This document shows, one piece after another, positions 27,171-38,700 of a DNA stretch of 64,000 nucleotides. Within the stretch, counting starts at the first letter, position 1. Each line of letters starts with the position of its first letter. This DNA comes from a virus, in the IMG/VR virus record IMGVR_UViG_3300035682_001186, positions 45,271 to 109,270 of that record; one strand, written 5' to 3'. The translations under genes and the position numbers were made by a program. Under the pieces are notes generated by a model, which searched no databases, was not told the DNA's origin, and saw only the letters and a program-made list of their open reading frames with translations.

Positions 27171-30100
27171 ATGGCAATAGATGCACCAAAAGAAGGCACC
27201 CCAGCAAACTTTGAAAGTGATCGTGGCGGACAATCAACTTTAATTAAAGAACCAGTTATTGGAATTGTTAAGAACAATGTTGATCCCACTCATAGTGGGG
27301 CAGTATACGTATATATTGCAAAACTAAGTTCATCTAGTTCACCAAATGATGGAGGAAGTTGGATTAAAGTTAACTATCTTAGCCCATTTTGTGGTTTATC
27401 AGGAGTAAGTGGAGTAGCAGGATCAGGATCAACAACCGATGGATATGGTAAATTCGTAGGAAATCCTCAGAGTTATGGATTCTGGGCAAGTGCACCAGAT
27501 ATAGGAACTCAAGTTCTTTGTATATTCATTAATGGTGAACCAGAACAGGGTTATTATATAGGATGTATACCTCAAATTGGTTTATTAAGTATGACTCCAG
27601 CTATAGGTAGTAGTAAAGTAATTGTTCCTAATGATGGAGAAGCTAAAACATATGGAGGAGCTGACAGATTACCAACTGGAGAAGTAAACTCTACTAATCC
27701 CAATCTTGCTAATAGCGGTACGATAGTAACTGATCCTAAACCAGTTCATAGTTATCAAGCTGCAATTTTATTTCAACAAGGTCTAATCAGAGACAATGCA
27801 CGCGGAGTTATTAGTAGTAGTGCTCAACGAGAAACTCCGAGTAGAGTATTTGGTATGAGCACTCCGGGCGGTCCGATATTTCAAGGAGGTTATAATAATA
27901 GTAATATCAAAGCCGCAGCCACTGGATCAACTGACCCTAGTAAACTAACAATGATTGGCAGAACCGGTGGACATAGTTTTGTTATGGACGATGGTGATTT
28001 ACAGGGACAAGATCAATTAACAAGAATCAGAACATCTAGCGGTCATATGATAATGATGAATGATAGTTCTCAATCATTGTTTATCATTCATGCTAATGGT
28101 CAAAGTTGGATAGAATTGGGTAAAGAAGGTACAGTTGATATGTATGCTAGTAACTCAGTTAATATCAGAACTCAAGGTGATCTTAACTTACATGCAGATC
28201 GTGATTTGAATTTACATGCTGATAGAAACTTTACATTGTATGGTAAAAATCTAAACATGGAATCTGATAATGATATGAATATCAGAAGTGGTGCCAATTT
28301 TAGTCAATATGCTAGCACAAGTTATACAGTTAAAAGCGGTAGTGATTTGGCATTGTTTGGTGGTGGTTCTACTAGTTTGGCTGGTAGTGGATCCACATAC
28401 ATAAATGGAAAAAAGATATATTTAAATAGTGGCAATAGTGGTACAACACCGGCTGAGGTACCAGTAATACCAAAAGTTAATCACCCAGATACAACTTATA
28501 GTACAGAAAAAGGATGGATGTATCCAAGTCCACACGCTTTACTATCTGTTACTAGTAGAGCGCCAACTCATATGCCTTGGATTGCAAGCGGAAAAGGTGT
28601 AGATGTTAGTGTTTCTAGTAGTACTAATAGTAGTCTGCCAACAACTACACCGGCAGTAGCACAAGTAAATAACGAAAGTGCTAGTGTTCCAACTCGTCCT
28701 ACAAATCCTGCAACTATCAATACAGTAACTACACCAACTGGATTTGATAATTCAGTAGAAGGTATTAATGCACAGACATTAAGAGCTCTAGTTGGTCAAA
28801 ATGCTGAGTCTAATAGCACAAAGGCTGCCGGCGGGCCACCAGCACGAGCAATTAAAGGAACTGGAACATCAGCAACTGTATCACCAGTTTCATTAATGTT
28901 TGGATTAAATTTAACAATAACTGAAGGTGATATTACAGTTACACCTTACTCTGCACCTGCAGATACTAAACGTGGTGAAGGAATTCTTGATGGACCAGGA
29001 GGATTGACATTAGAACAAGCTTGTGGACCTGGTATGGCAATAAAACCAGGTTCAAAAGATTTACTTCAAACAAGATTGGCTCAAGGTATGCCAATGGATA
29101 AAGCAATACAAGGTTTAGTAACTGGTAATCTTGGTGCCACTGATCCTATTAAATTGTTAACTGATGGTAAAGTTCAAACTCAAATTATTGCTGGCAGTCT
29201 CAATAATGCCGCTAATAGTTTGGTAAATTCTGGAATATTAACTGGTGCAGAATCTGCAGGTCAGGCAGGAGGATTAGTATTAGCTGCTTCTAATTTTGGT
29301 GTTAACGCTGTTACGGGAGTAGTTAATGGAGTTCTAGGAACAGTTACTGGAATTGCACAAGGAGTCACTAATGTGGTAACTGGAACAATTGGTGCAGTAA
29401 CCAACATTGCAAGTGGAATTTCATCAGGTGTCAGTAAAATATCAGACATGATGGCCGGAGGTAAATTTGCAGGTCAACTAAGTGATAGTATCAGTAATGG
29501 AGTTACTGGATTAGCCAATAGTATTAAAGGTGCAATTTCAACTAGTGTTGATAGTTTAGGTAAAAGTTTGGCTGGTTTAGTGACTGGACTAGAAAGTACA
29601 TTAAGAGGCGCTTTTAAAACGGTAGAAGCTTCATTTAAGAATCTTACTGCTAATACTCCAAATATATTAGGTGGTAAAGGTAATGCAAGTAGTGTCACTG
29701 ATTTGACAACTCCAGGAGCAAAATATCAATCTTCACAGGCGGCATTGGATATTGCACAATCTAAATTTGATGATGCTAGAACTGCATATAGAAATAATCC
29801 AGATGATATAAATTCAATTGCATTAAGCTCAGCTGAATCGGCATTATCAGATGCTAGAAAGAAAACAGCCGGTGCATCATTAGATATTATAACTGGTGGT
29901 GTAGATTCTGTTATATCTGGAGTTAGTAATGTGGTCAAATCTGCCACCTCTACAGTTTCTAATTTATTTACTGGTCCTGCAACCACGCTTAATAGCGGAA
30001 TCAATGCATTGCCTGGAGGTTCTGGGTCAATGGTCAATACTGTTACAACTGACAGTGGCACAAACATTGTTAATAATGTTAAGAATAGTATTACTTCTGC

Positions 30101-30956
30101 TGCCAGTACTGGGGCGGTTGCTGGAGCGGCAGTCGCTGCAAATTCATTATCTAGTCCCACTGGTTTAGTTGGAAATTTAGTTAATAATACTACTAATGCC
30201 ATTACTGGAGTTGTCAACGGTGTTGTCAACACCGCTACTGGACTTGTTACTGGAGTTATAGATACTGCAACAAATTTAGTAACTGGTACAGTGAATGCGG
30301 CTGTAGGTTTAGTAAATGGAGTTCTTGCTTTACCTGGTCAAATTATTAACTCAATAACCGCAACAGCAAATGGAATACTAAGTAGTATTCAAACTGCTCT
30401 AGCGAGTATTGGAAACATGGGTGGACAAATTAAATCAGCGATTCAGGCGGTTGAAACATTTAGTAAAACTGATTTGACTTCTAAAGTTGGTACAAATATG
30501 GGAGATTCAAGAATACCAATTCCATTGACATTGACTAAATCTCCAACTCCACAAGTATCAGAATCTGGACTTACTTCAAATGATTCAGCATCAGATCAGC
30601 AGGCTAAAGTATTGGCAAAAATTAAAGACCTTGAAGAACAAATACGTCAGAATATTGCTTTGATTAATAAAGAACAAAGAGAAAATGCTGGACTTTTTAC
30701 AAAAATATCTAGCAGTGCTAAACAATCTAGATTAGAAAGAGATTTAAAAAAGGCAAATGAAGAATATCAAGCGTTAGTATCTAATCAGAATCAAGCGCCA
30801 CCATCGCAATCTCCGTCAACTTCTACTTCAGAAGTTACTACTACAACTGAAATTGACAATTATGGAAACAAAATAATTACTACACGAGGTGGTGGAACAA
30901 GCCGATTCATACCGGTGGCAGAAGCAATAGCTCGCAGAGATTCAACAAACAGATAA
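27171..30956 (+). CDS. gp5: Central baseplate spike (gp5/VgrG-like) with long repetitive C-terminal extension
   Basis: OB-fold (IGIVKNNVDP...SYGFW..PDIGTQVLCIF), RT..GH..MDD, beta-helix repeats, then G/V/T/N-rich 11-mer repeats. Confidence 0.8.
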   Translation: MAIDAPKEGTPANFESDRGGQSTLIKEPVIGIVKNNVDPTHSGAVYVYIAKLSSSSSPNDGGSWIKVNYLSPFCGLSGVSGVAGSGSTTDGYGKFVGNPQSYGFWASAPDIGTQVLCIFINGEPEQGYYIGCIPQIGLLSMTPAIGSSKVIVPNDGEAKTYGGADRLPTGEVNSTNPNLANSGTIVTDPKPVHSYQAAILFQQGLIRDNARGVISSSAQRETPSRVFGMSTPGGPIFQGGYNNSNIKAAATGSTDPSKLTMIGRTGGHSFVMDDGDLQGQDQLTRIRTSSGHMIMMNDSSQSLFIIHANGQSWIELGKEGTVDMYASNSVNIRTQGDLNLHADRDLNLHADRNFTLYGKNLNMESDNDMNIRSGANFSQYASTSYTVKSGSDLALFGGGSTSLAGSGSTYINGKKIYLNSGNSGTTPAEVPVIPKVNHPDTTYSTEKGWMYPSPHALLSVTSRAPTHMPWIASGKGVDVSVSSSTNSSLPTTTPAVAQVNNESASVPTRPTNPATINTVTTPTGFDNSVEGINAQTLRALVGQNAESNSTKAAGGPPARAIKGTGTSATVSPVSLMFGLNLTITEGDITVTPYSAPADTKRGEGILDGPGGLTLEQACGPGMAIKPGSKDLLQTRLAQGMPMDKAIQGLVTGNLGATDPIKLLTDGKVQTQIIAGSLNNAANSLVNSGILTGAESAGQAGGLVLAASNFGVNAVTGVVNGVLGTVTGIAQGVTNVVTGTIGAVTNIASGISSGVSKISDMMAGGKFAGQLSDSISNGVTGLANSIKGAISTSVDSLGKSLAGLVTGLESTLRGAFKTVEASFKNLTANTPNILGGKGNASSVTDLTTPGAKYQSSQAALDIAQSKFDDARTAYRNNPDDINSIALSSAESALSDARKKTAGASLDIITGGVDSVISGVSNVVKSATSTVSNLFTGPATTLNSGINALPGGSGSMVNTVTTDSGTNIVNNVKNSITSAASTGAVAGAAVAANSLSSPTGLVGNLVNNTTNAITGVVNGVVNTATGLVTGVIDTATNLVTGTVNAAVGLVNGVLALPGQIINSITATANGILSSIQTALASIGNMGGQIKSAIQAVETFSKTDLTSKVGTNMGDSRIPIPLTLTKSPTPQVSESGLTSNDSASDQQAKVLAKIKDLEEQIRQNIALINKEQRENAGLFTKISSSAKQSRLERDLKKANEEYQALVSNQNQAPPSQSPSTSTSEVTTTTEIDNYGNKIITTRGGGTSRFIPVAEAIARRDSTNR

Positions 30957-30975
30957 AAATTAAAAGGAAAATATA

Positions 30976-31428
30976 ATGCCAACATTTAAAGGATTTTCAA
31001 CAGTCGGTGTCAATCAATCATTGTCATTAGTTAGACCTGGTGTATATGGTGGAGTAGGATCCACAACCGTTCAGCCAAGAATAGGTAGAAAATATGCACT
31101 GTCAGATCAAAATCTAGTAATTAGAGATTTATTAAATGCATTAAGTATTAAACAAGGTGATAAAGTTGGACAACCAACGTATGGAACTATATTATGGTCA
31201 TATATATTTGAACCAAGTACACAGGAAACTCAACAAGCAATAGAAGATGAAGTAAGACGAGTTATAAGTTTAGATCCTAGAATCATATTAAACAGTGTTG
31301 GTATATATATTCAAGAAAATGGTGTATTATTACAGATAGAAATGGCATTTAGTCCATTTAATAATGTTATAAAAACAGATTTTTTCTTGAATAGATATAA
31401 TGGAAGTATTCAACAACTAAGTCAATAA
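30976..31428 (+). CDS. gp25: Baseplate wedge subunit (gp25-like)
   Basis: DLLNALSIKQGDKVGQPTYGTILWSYIFEP...DPRI. Confidence 0.9.
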   Translation: MPTFKGFSTVGVNQSLSLVRPGVYGGVGSTTVQPRIGRKYALSDQNLVIRDLLNALSIKQGDKVGQPTYGTILWSYIFEPSTQETQQAIEDEVRRVISLDPRIILNSVGIYIQENGVLLQIEMAFSPFNNVIKTDFFLNRYNGSIQQLSQ

Positions 31429-31480
31429 CTTCAAAATACAATGATTTTTTAAGAATAAATATAGTATACGGGAAAAAAAC

Positions 31481-34400
31481 ATGGTTACTAGTTCAAGACA
31501 AAGTGCATTATTTGGTTTACAAGATTGGAAAAGAATCTATCAAACTTATAGAGAGGCTAATTTCATGTCTTATGACTATGAAACTTTGCGTAAAAGTTTC
31601 ATTGATTATCTGACTATATATTATCCAGAATCATTTAATGACTATATTGAAAGTAGTGAATTTGTTGCTATTCTAGATGTTATGGCATTTATGGGTCAAT
31701 CACTGGCATTTCGTGGTGATTTAAATGCTCGTGAAAACTTTATTGATACTGCAGAACGTAGAGATTCAGTTATTAAATTAGCTAACTTAGTTAGTTATAA
31801 TCCAAAACGTAATACAGAAGCCAATGGTTTAGTAAAAGTCACTTCAATCAGTACTACTGAAAGTATTTTTGATATTAACAATGTAAGTTTGGGTAATACT
31901 ACTGTGTTGTGGAATGATGCCGCAAACAGTAATTGGCAAGAACAATTTAATACTATTTTAAATGCTACATATGTTAATAGTCAAAGAGTAGGTCTTCCAG
32001 GAAATAAACAAGATATTTTAGGAATTCAAACTGAAGAATATACTATTAATTTACCATCGGGATATAACCCAGTAGTTCCGTTTTCCACTCAAGTAAACGG
32101 TGATTTGGTTAATTTTGAACTAGTAAGTGTAACTAGCGCCAATAAAGATTATCTATATGAAATATCTCCCGCACCTAATAGTCAATTTAACATGGTGTAT
32201 CAAAATGATAAGTTAGGATATGGTAGTCCAAATACAGGATTCTTTTTCTATTTTAAACAAGGTACCTTGCAAAGTTATGATATATACTTTTCAGAAAAAA
32301 TTCAAAACAATTTTCAAAATATATTTATAGAAGGAATCAATGAAACTGATACTTGGTTATATCAATTAAATAGTAACGAAACAATAAATCGTCAATGGAC
32401 TAAAGTTGATAATCTTTTTACCACTAGTTATAATAGTCAAGGAAATAGTGTTAGTTCAATATTCAGTGTAGTATCAAGAACCAATGATCAAGTAAGTTAT
32501 GTATTTGGTGATGGAGTATTTGGAGAAATTCCAATTGGAAATTATAGAGCTTATGTAAGATCGGGAAATTCATTAACCTATAGTATTGATCCAAGTGAAA
32601 TGTCGGGAATCGTAGTCAGTATTCCGTATATTAGTCGTCAAAATACAAATGAAACTTTAACTATAACATTTAGTTTACAAACAGTTAATAATACCGCACA
32701 ATCTCGCGAAAGTATACTTAATATCAAAGAACGTGCACCCGCTCGTTATTATACTCAAAATCGTATGGTTAATGGAGAAGATTATAGTAATTTCCCATTT
32801 ACTTTATATAATAGTATTATCAAAAGTTCGGCTCTTAATCGTAGTAGTATTGGAGTAAGTAGAAATATTGATCTATTAGATCCAACCGGAAAATACAGTA
32901 GTACTAACGTATTTGCAGATGATGGTGCATTATATACTGATCAATTACCTAAAAATGTAACATTCTCAACACAAAATATTAATTTTGCTATTGAATTTTT
33001 ATCAATAACTTTACCATCATTTTTAAGCAGTTCACCAACTATTCAATATTATCAAGAATATTATCCAAGATATACTGGATATTATCCAGGAACAGAATCT
33101 GTTGATCATAGATGTTACTGGAATGAAACTACGCTTGATGGATCAAATGTAACTGGATATTTTTATGTAAAATTATCATCTGGTGTTAATATACCAATAT
33201 CACTTGGCGCATTTAGTACATATTCAATGAGATATATTACTCAAGGTGCACAACTTAAATTTGTAAGTCCACCTGGATTTTATTTTGACGTTAATAATAG
33301 ATTACAACAAGGTATACCAAATTATTATAATGGCGATCATACCAGTATATGGGTTGGTGTCAATGGTGTAATTGGAGATGGTTATAATTTTGGAGATGGT
33401 AATTTATCTACAGGAGTTGGACCAGTTACTCTAAATTCATTTGTACCAACTGGCGCATATTTAGATCCAGATCAATCAACACCAACTGGAATTATTCCTC
33501 AATTTGATAATACTTTCAACAGTGTATTAACTACACAAATTCTTGATTTGATAAATCTCAAACAAAATTTTGCACTTAACTATGATAATAGTATTTTAAT
33601 TAATCTAGAACGTTGGTCTATTGTACAACCAATACCTACAAATCCAACGCCAACTGATTACTTTGTTAAATTTGTCAGTGATAGTATTAACAATTCATAT
33701 CTGGTTACCATTAACAATGTTAACTATTATTTTGCATCTGTAGATCAAGTTAGATTTACATTTGATGGAACACAACGAGTATATGATCAACGTAGTGGAC
33801 AAGTGTTTTCTGATTTTGTAAATATCTTTAGAACAAATTCTAATTCTACTAATACTAGTACACTTGGCGAAGATTATATTTTAAATGTAACTGGACAACC
33901 AGCACAAAGTGATGGAATGCCAGATGATTATCAAATCACTGTCAGTAGTATTAATCTAATCAGTGGATATACATATGATCCAGATTTTTTTAATACTATA
34001 GTTGGGACAAGTTCAACTGCTTATGTATTCTTTAGAATATTCACTGACATTAATGATCTATATAGAACTCAAGTATTACCAGTTGGAACAGTAATATATG
34101 CATATCCAACTCAAAATCAAGTTCTAAATGTTATATATGAGTATCCTGCTGAAACACTATTCTATTGTATTAATGGAAGTGTTACTAATCCAGTACCAAC
34201 ATTTTATCAATCGGCTGTTGTTCCAGGAACACAACCAACAGTTCTTATTTTAAATGATGTTACTTCATCGTACGCAGTTACTAGAGGTCGTGGTGGAATT
34301 AACTTTCAATATCGTCATAATAGTGATAATACTACTAGAATTGATCCAGCTACCACAAACATCATTGATTTGTATTTGGTTACACAAGCATATTATACTC

Positions 34401-34915
34401 AATTTCAAAATTGGATCAATGATAGTACTGGAACTGTTCAACTACCACCAAAACCAACTATTCAAGAACTTCAACAAGCTTATGGAGAATTAGATAGTTA
34501 TAAAATGATCAGTGATAGTGTGATTTTAAATAGTGTCAACTTCAAACCATTGTTTGGATCTAAAGCTGCTCCAGCACTGCGAGGAACAATCAAAGTTATT
34601 AAGAATCCATCTACAGTAGTTAGTGACAGTCAAATTCGCAGTAGTGTGTTGGCTGCTCTTAATAGTTATTTTATAATTAATAATTGGGATTTTGGTGATA
34701 CTTTCTACTTTAGTGAACTGACTGCCTATCTACATATGCAATTAGGATCATTAATAAGTTCAGTGGTATTAGTACCTGCTGATCCTACTCAATCATTTGG
34801 TGATTTATATGAGATTTTAAGTACACCTAGTGAGATTTTCTGTAATGGTGCCACAGCTAGTGATATTATTGTAATTAGTGCATTGACTCCATCAGCCTTA
34901 CAAAGAACGATGTAA
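31481..34915 (+). CDS. gp6: Baseplate wedge protein (gp6-like)
   Basis: FNDYIESSE...ENFIDTAERRDSV.KLA..VSY.PKR; FGDGVFGEIP; RESI..IKERAP..YYTQNRMVNGEDY. Confidence 0.9.
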   Translation: MVTSSRQSALFGLQDWKRIYQTYREANFMSYDYETLRKSFIDYLTIYYPESFNDYIESSEFVAILDVMAFMGQSLAFRGDLNARENFIDTAERRDSVIKLANLVSYNPKRNTEANGLVKVTSISTTESIFDINNVSLGNTTVLWNDAANSNWQEQFNTILNATYVNSQRVGLPGNKQDILGIQTEEYTINLPSGYNPVVPFSTQVNGDLVNFELVSVTSANKDYLYEISPAPNSQFNMVYQNDKLGYGSPNTGFFFYFKQGTLQSYDIYFSEKIQNNFQNIFIEGINETDTWLYQLNSNETINRQWTKVDNLFTTSYNSQGNSVSSIFSVVSRTNDQVSYVFGDGVFGEIPIGNYRAYVRSGNSLTYSIDPSEMSGIVVSIPYISRQNTNETLTITFSLQTVNNTAQSRESILNIKERAPARYYTQNRMVNGEDYSNFPFTLYNSIIKSSALNRSSIGVSRNIDLLDPTGKYSSTNVFADDGALYTDQLPKNVTFSTQNINFAIEFLSITLPSFLSSSPTIQYYQEYYPRYTGYYPGTESVDHRCYWNETTLDGSNVTGYFYVKLSSGVNIPISLGAFSTYSMRYITQGAQLKFVSPPGFYFDVNNRLQQGIPNYYNGDHTSIWVGVNGVIGDGYNFGDGNLSTGVGPVTLNSFVPTGAYLDPDQSTPTGIIPQFDNTFNSVLTTQILDLINLKQNFALNYDNSILINLERWSIVQPIPTNPTPTDYFVKFVSDSINNSYLVTINNVNYYFASVDQVRFTFDGTQRVYDQRSGQVFSDFVNIFRTNSNSTNTSTLGEDYILNVTGQPAQSDGMPDDYQITVSSINLISGYTYDPDFFNTIVGTSSTAYVFFRIFTDINDLYRTQVLPVGTVIYAYPTQNQVLNVIYEYPAETLFYCINGSVTNPVPTFYQSAVVPGTQPTVLILNDVTSSYAVTRGRGGINFQYRHNSDNTTRIDPATTNIIDLYLVTQAYYTQFQNWINDSTGTVQLPPKPTIQELQQAYGELDSYKMISDSVILNSVNFKPLFGSKAAPALRGTIKVIKNPSTVVSDSQIRSSVLAALNSYFIINNWDFGDTFYFSELTAYLHMQLGSLISSVVLVPADPTQSFGDLYEILSTPSEIFCNGATASDIIVISALTPSALQRTM

Positions 34916-34928
34916 TTTTAAATGTTCT

Positions 34929-34957
34929 GACTAATATAGATAAATTAGTCGTTTTTT
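34929..34957 (+). terminator. Possible terminator after gp6
   Basis: gactaat-atagataa-attagtc followed by gtttttt. Confidence 0.5.
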
Positions 34958-34993
34958 GTAGTGATAAATAGTAGATACAGTAATGGATAATTA

Positions 34994-35695
34994 ATGACGA
35001 TATTTCTTTATAAAAAAACTCATTTGGTGACAGGATTAAATTATCTTGGAAAAACTATATCTAAAGACCCTCATAAATATCGTGGTTCTGGAAAGTATTG
35101 GCTTAATCACATAAAAAAACATGGATATTTAGTAAATACTGAAATATTAAAAGAATGTCAAACATCAGAAGAACTTAAAGAATGGGGATCATATTACAGT
35201 GAACTATGGAACATTGTTAAAAGCAATGAGTGGGCAAATTTGCGACCTGAATCTGGAGATGGCGGGACGACATCTGAAATTCAGAATCACTCAGATAGAA
35301 TTGAAAAAAATCGCCAATCTGCTATAGATATGTGGGCAAACGAAAATCACAAAAAAATGAGAATAGAACGAATGACTATAGGACTAAATCAGCCAGGCGT
35401 TCAAAATAAAAAGTCAAAATCATTGAAAAAAACACTATCTAGTTTGGAAGGAAAAAAGAAAAATTTAGATAGTTTAAATATCGCCAGATCCAGTGACAAA
35501 TGGAAAGAAAAAGTTTATGATACAATGTTGTATACATTTTATCATCGCGATGGTAGAATTGTACAATGTACTAGATCAGAACTCATTAATAGATATCAAG
35601 TACATAAAGGAAATCTATCTAGTGTAATATCCAGAAAATCAAAATATAAATCAGTTAATGGATGGAGTATTACTCCAATGGAATATAAAAAATGA
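34994..35695 (+). CDS. Free-standing GIY-YIG (Seg-like) homing endonuclease, paralog of 8386..9087
   Basis: IFLYKKTHLVTGLNYLGKT...YRGSGKYW...WANLRPESGDGG...KSVNGW; GATAAATA at 34963-34970. Confidence 0.85.
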   Translation: MTIFLYKKTHLVTGLNYLGKTISKDPHKYRGSGKYWLNHIKKHGYLVNTEILKECQTSEELKEWGSYYSELWNIVKSNEWANLRPESGDGGTTSEIQNHSDRIEKNRQSAIDMWANENHKKMRIERMTIGLNQPGVQNKKSKSLKKTLSSLEGKKKNLDSLNIARSSDKWKEKVYDTMLYTFYHRDGRIVQCTRSELINRYQVHKGNLSSVISRKSKYKSVNGWSITPMEYKK

Positions 35696-35729
35696 ATTAT
35701 TTTTACAATGATATTAATGGAATAATGTA

Positions 35730-38700
35730 ATGGCAACAAAAATTCGGTCACTTGATTTTCTTCCTGAAGTTTTTAGAACTGACAGTAATGCTCAGTTTCT
35801 TTCTGCCACATTAGATCAGTTGGTTCAACAACCTGATCTACGTAGAGTTGAGGGATTTATTGGTCAAAAATATGGTTATTCTATTAACCCAACTGATCGT
35901 TATGTAGTTGAACCAACTAAAGTTCGCTATGACTATCAATTAGATCCTAGTGTTGTATTCTTAAAAACTGAAACTCAAACTGCCAAAGATTTTATCAATT
36001 ATCCTGGTCTATTAAACGCATTACAAAATAATGGCGCAATTACTAATAATAATGATAGACTGTTTGAAAGCGAATACTATAGTTGGGATAGTTTTGCTGA
36101 TCTAGATAAGATCGTAAACTATAGTCAATACTATTGGTTACCGTATGGCCCTGATGCTGTAACAGTATCAACTAACACAATTTATCTATCAGATAATTAT
36201 AATATTACATATAGTGATACTGGATATACGATTAATAATTCAGTACAAAAAAATCCATCAATAACATTATTACGTGGTGGTACATATACATTTGAAGTAA
36301 ATCAATCGTCGCAGTTTTGGATTCAGGGTGTTCCTGGATTATCTGGATATGGTTTAAGTCCTAATACTAGTACTAGAGATGTATTAGGAGTAGAAAATAA
36401 TGGTGATTCTATTGGTACAGTTACGTTTACTGTACCAGCAAAAGATGCTCAATCAGAATATGATTTGCCAGGAAATAATACTGTTGATCTAGTAACTACA
36501 TTGACATATGCACAAATCAACGGTCAAACCGCTGCATCAATTGGTAACATTGACGGTGTAACTCAGTTAAATGGTAGAACATTAATGTTCTATAATAATG
36601 ATGAAGCCGGTAGTTCTCAGACATATTTTTATTCAATTTCTGTTAATATTAGCACTAATATTGTCACGTTGACTCAAGGTATTGGAATTCCAAACTCTCA
36701 AAAGATTACTGTTACTAGTGGTACTACTTATGTTGGTAGAACATTCTATCGTGATGGTACTGGTACAATTAAATTGATACCATATCTTTCTGCAGTCTTA
36801 GATACATTGTATTATCAAGATGGATCAAATCCACTTAATGTTGGTGTTATTAATTTAATAGAAAATAATACTACTAATAGTATTAACATTGATCAAATTT
36901 TAGGTAAGAAAAATTATACAAGTCCAAATGGTGTTACATTCATTAATGGTCTTAAAGTTATATTTGAAGGAACCACTGTTCCATCAACATATCAAAATAA
37001 TGAATATTATGTTGAAGGTGTAGGTACGGCAATCAATTTACTATTAGTCAATGACTATCGTAGTGTTGAAAGTGATGAACCAGGAACATATTATCCATGG
37101 GATTATTATAATTGGGACGATAAAGAATGGGATCAATCAAATAATGTACCATTATATCCAGATTATTTAACAATCAATAGAAATAGTCGCGATTTAAATG
37201 CATGGTCTAGAAGTAATCGTTGGTTTAATATTCAAGTTATTAATGCCACTATTGAGAAAAATGGACAATTAACGTCAATTATCGGTAATACCAGTACTCG
37301 TGCACAACGACCTATTATTGAATTTTATGGTAATCTTGGTCTTTATAATAGTGGAACAAAATTCTTAGATTTTGTTTCATTATTTGACAATACAACAATT
37401 GACGCTTTTACTGAAATAGTTGGCCAACCAGCCTATACTATTGATGGTCAACCATTACTTTCTGGTCAAACAATTATTTTTAATCATGATGATAATAGTT
37501 TAGTTCGTAAAAACGTATATGAAGTTTCTTTTGTACCAACTGGACCGGGAAATTCAAATGTCATTGCACTTAATATTGTAGAAACTGCACAAGATAAAAA
37601 CCAAGTTACTATCATATCTGGTACAGTACGGAAATCAACTAGTTGGAGATTTAATTCTGTAGATTCTACATGGATTCAATGTCAACAAAAATCAACAGTT
37701 AATCAAGCTCCATTATATGACATATATGATATAAATGGAATATCACTTAGTGATCAATTATATTATAATGGTTCAACATTTGCAGGAACCAAACTATTTT
37801 CATACACTGATGGTACGGGCAAAGTTGATCCTATATTAGGATTCCCAATTAGCTATTCAAGTACAGTTAGTATTGGTGATATTAATTTTACAGTTAATCT
37901 AAATAAAGATTTATTTTATTATCAACAAAGTGATAGTGTTGTTGAAGAAAAAATTAATATTGGTTATGTATATGACTATCTAACCCCTGATGTACCAACT
38001 AAAAAAACTGGATGGGTAACAGCATTTACTCAAAGTTTTCAGTCACAAGTATTTGAATTTACAGTCAATCAAGAAACTCAATCTAGATTTACATGTGATG
38101 TAGTAGTGAAAACTGATACGGTAATTGATCCACATCATGTGTATGTCAATGATGTATCGTTAGATGAGGATACTGCTTATTCACATGTCATTGATCTAAA
38201 TAACAATACTACTACTATTATATTAAATACTCCGGCAATACGTGGAAATAAAGTTACAGTAACATTATTGAGTGATCAAGTTAGTCGTACTGGTTATTAT
38301 GAAATTCCTAGTAATTTACAAAACAATCCATTTAACACCGACATTACTAATGTTGATGTTGGTGATATCAAGAACCAGTATGACACCATATTTGAAAATA
38401 CAGTAGGAGTAACAGGACAAGTATTTGGACCTAATAATGTTTATAATCTAGGAAACTTAAACAGATTTGGCACGGCAATTATTCAGAATAGTGCCAGTTT
38501 AGTATTACCCGGTGTATTTTTACGTAAACCTGGATTTAATTTATTTGAAGCATTACAATTCAACAGTGATCAATATACAAATTTCAAATCATTGTTGATT
38601 AATTTAACTGATCAAAACGATTTCACAGTCTATACAACTCCAGCTACAATGTTGGATACAATTCTTTATCAAATTGCCAGTACAAGAAACAGTACAAATT

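Noticed and set aside
29261-30232. Minus-strand ORFs within the spike repeats
   Set aside because: Arise from stop-poor repetitive codons of the plus-strand gene
3266-35695. Group I introns or inteins housing the homing endonucleases
   Set aside because: Flanking genes (gp23, gp20, gp6, giant protein) appear complete; no intein motifs or intron core recognised, so the endonucleases look free-standing
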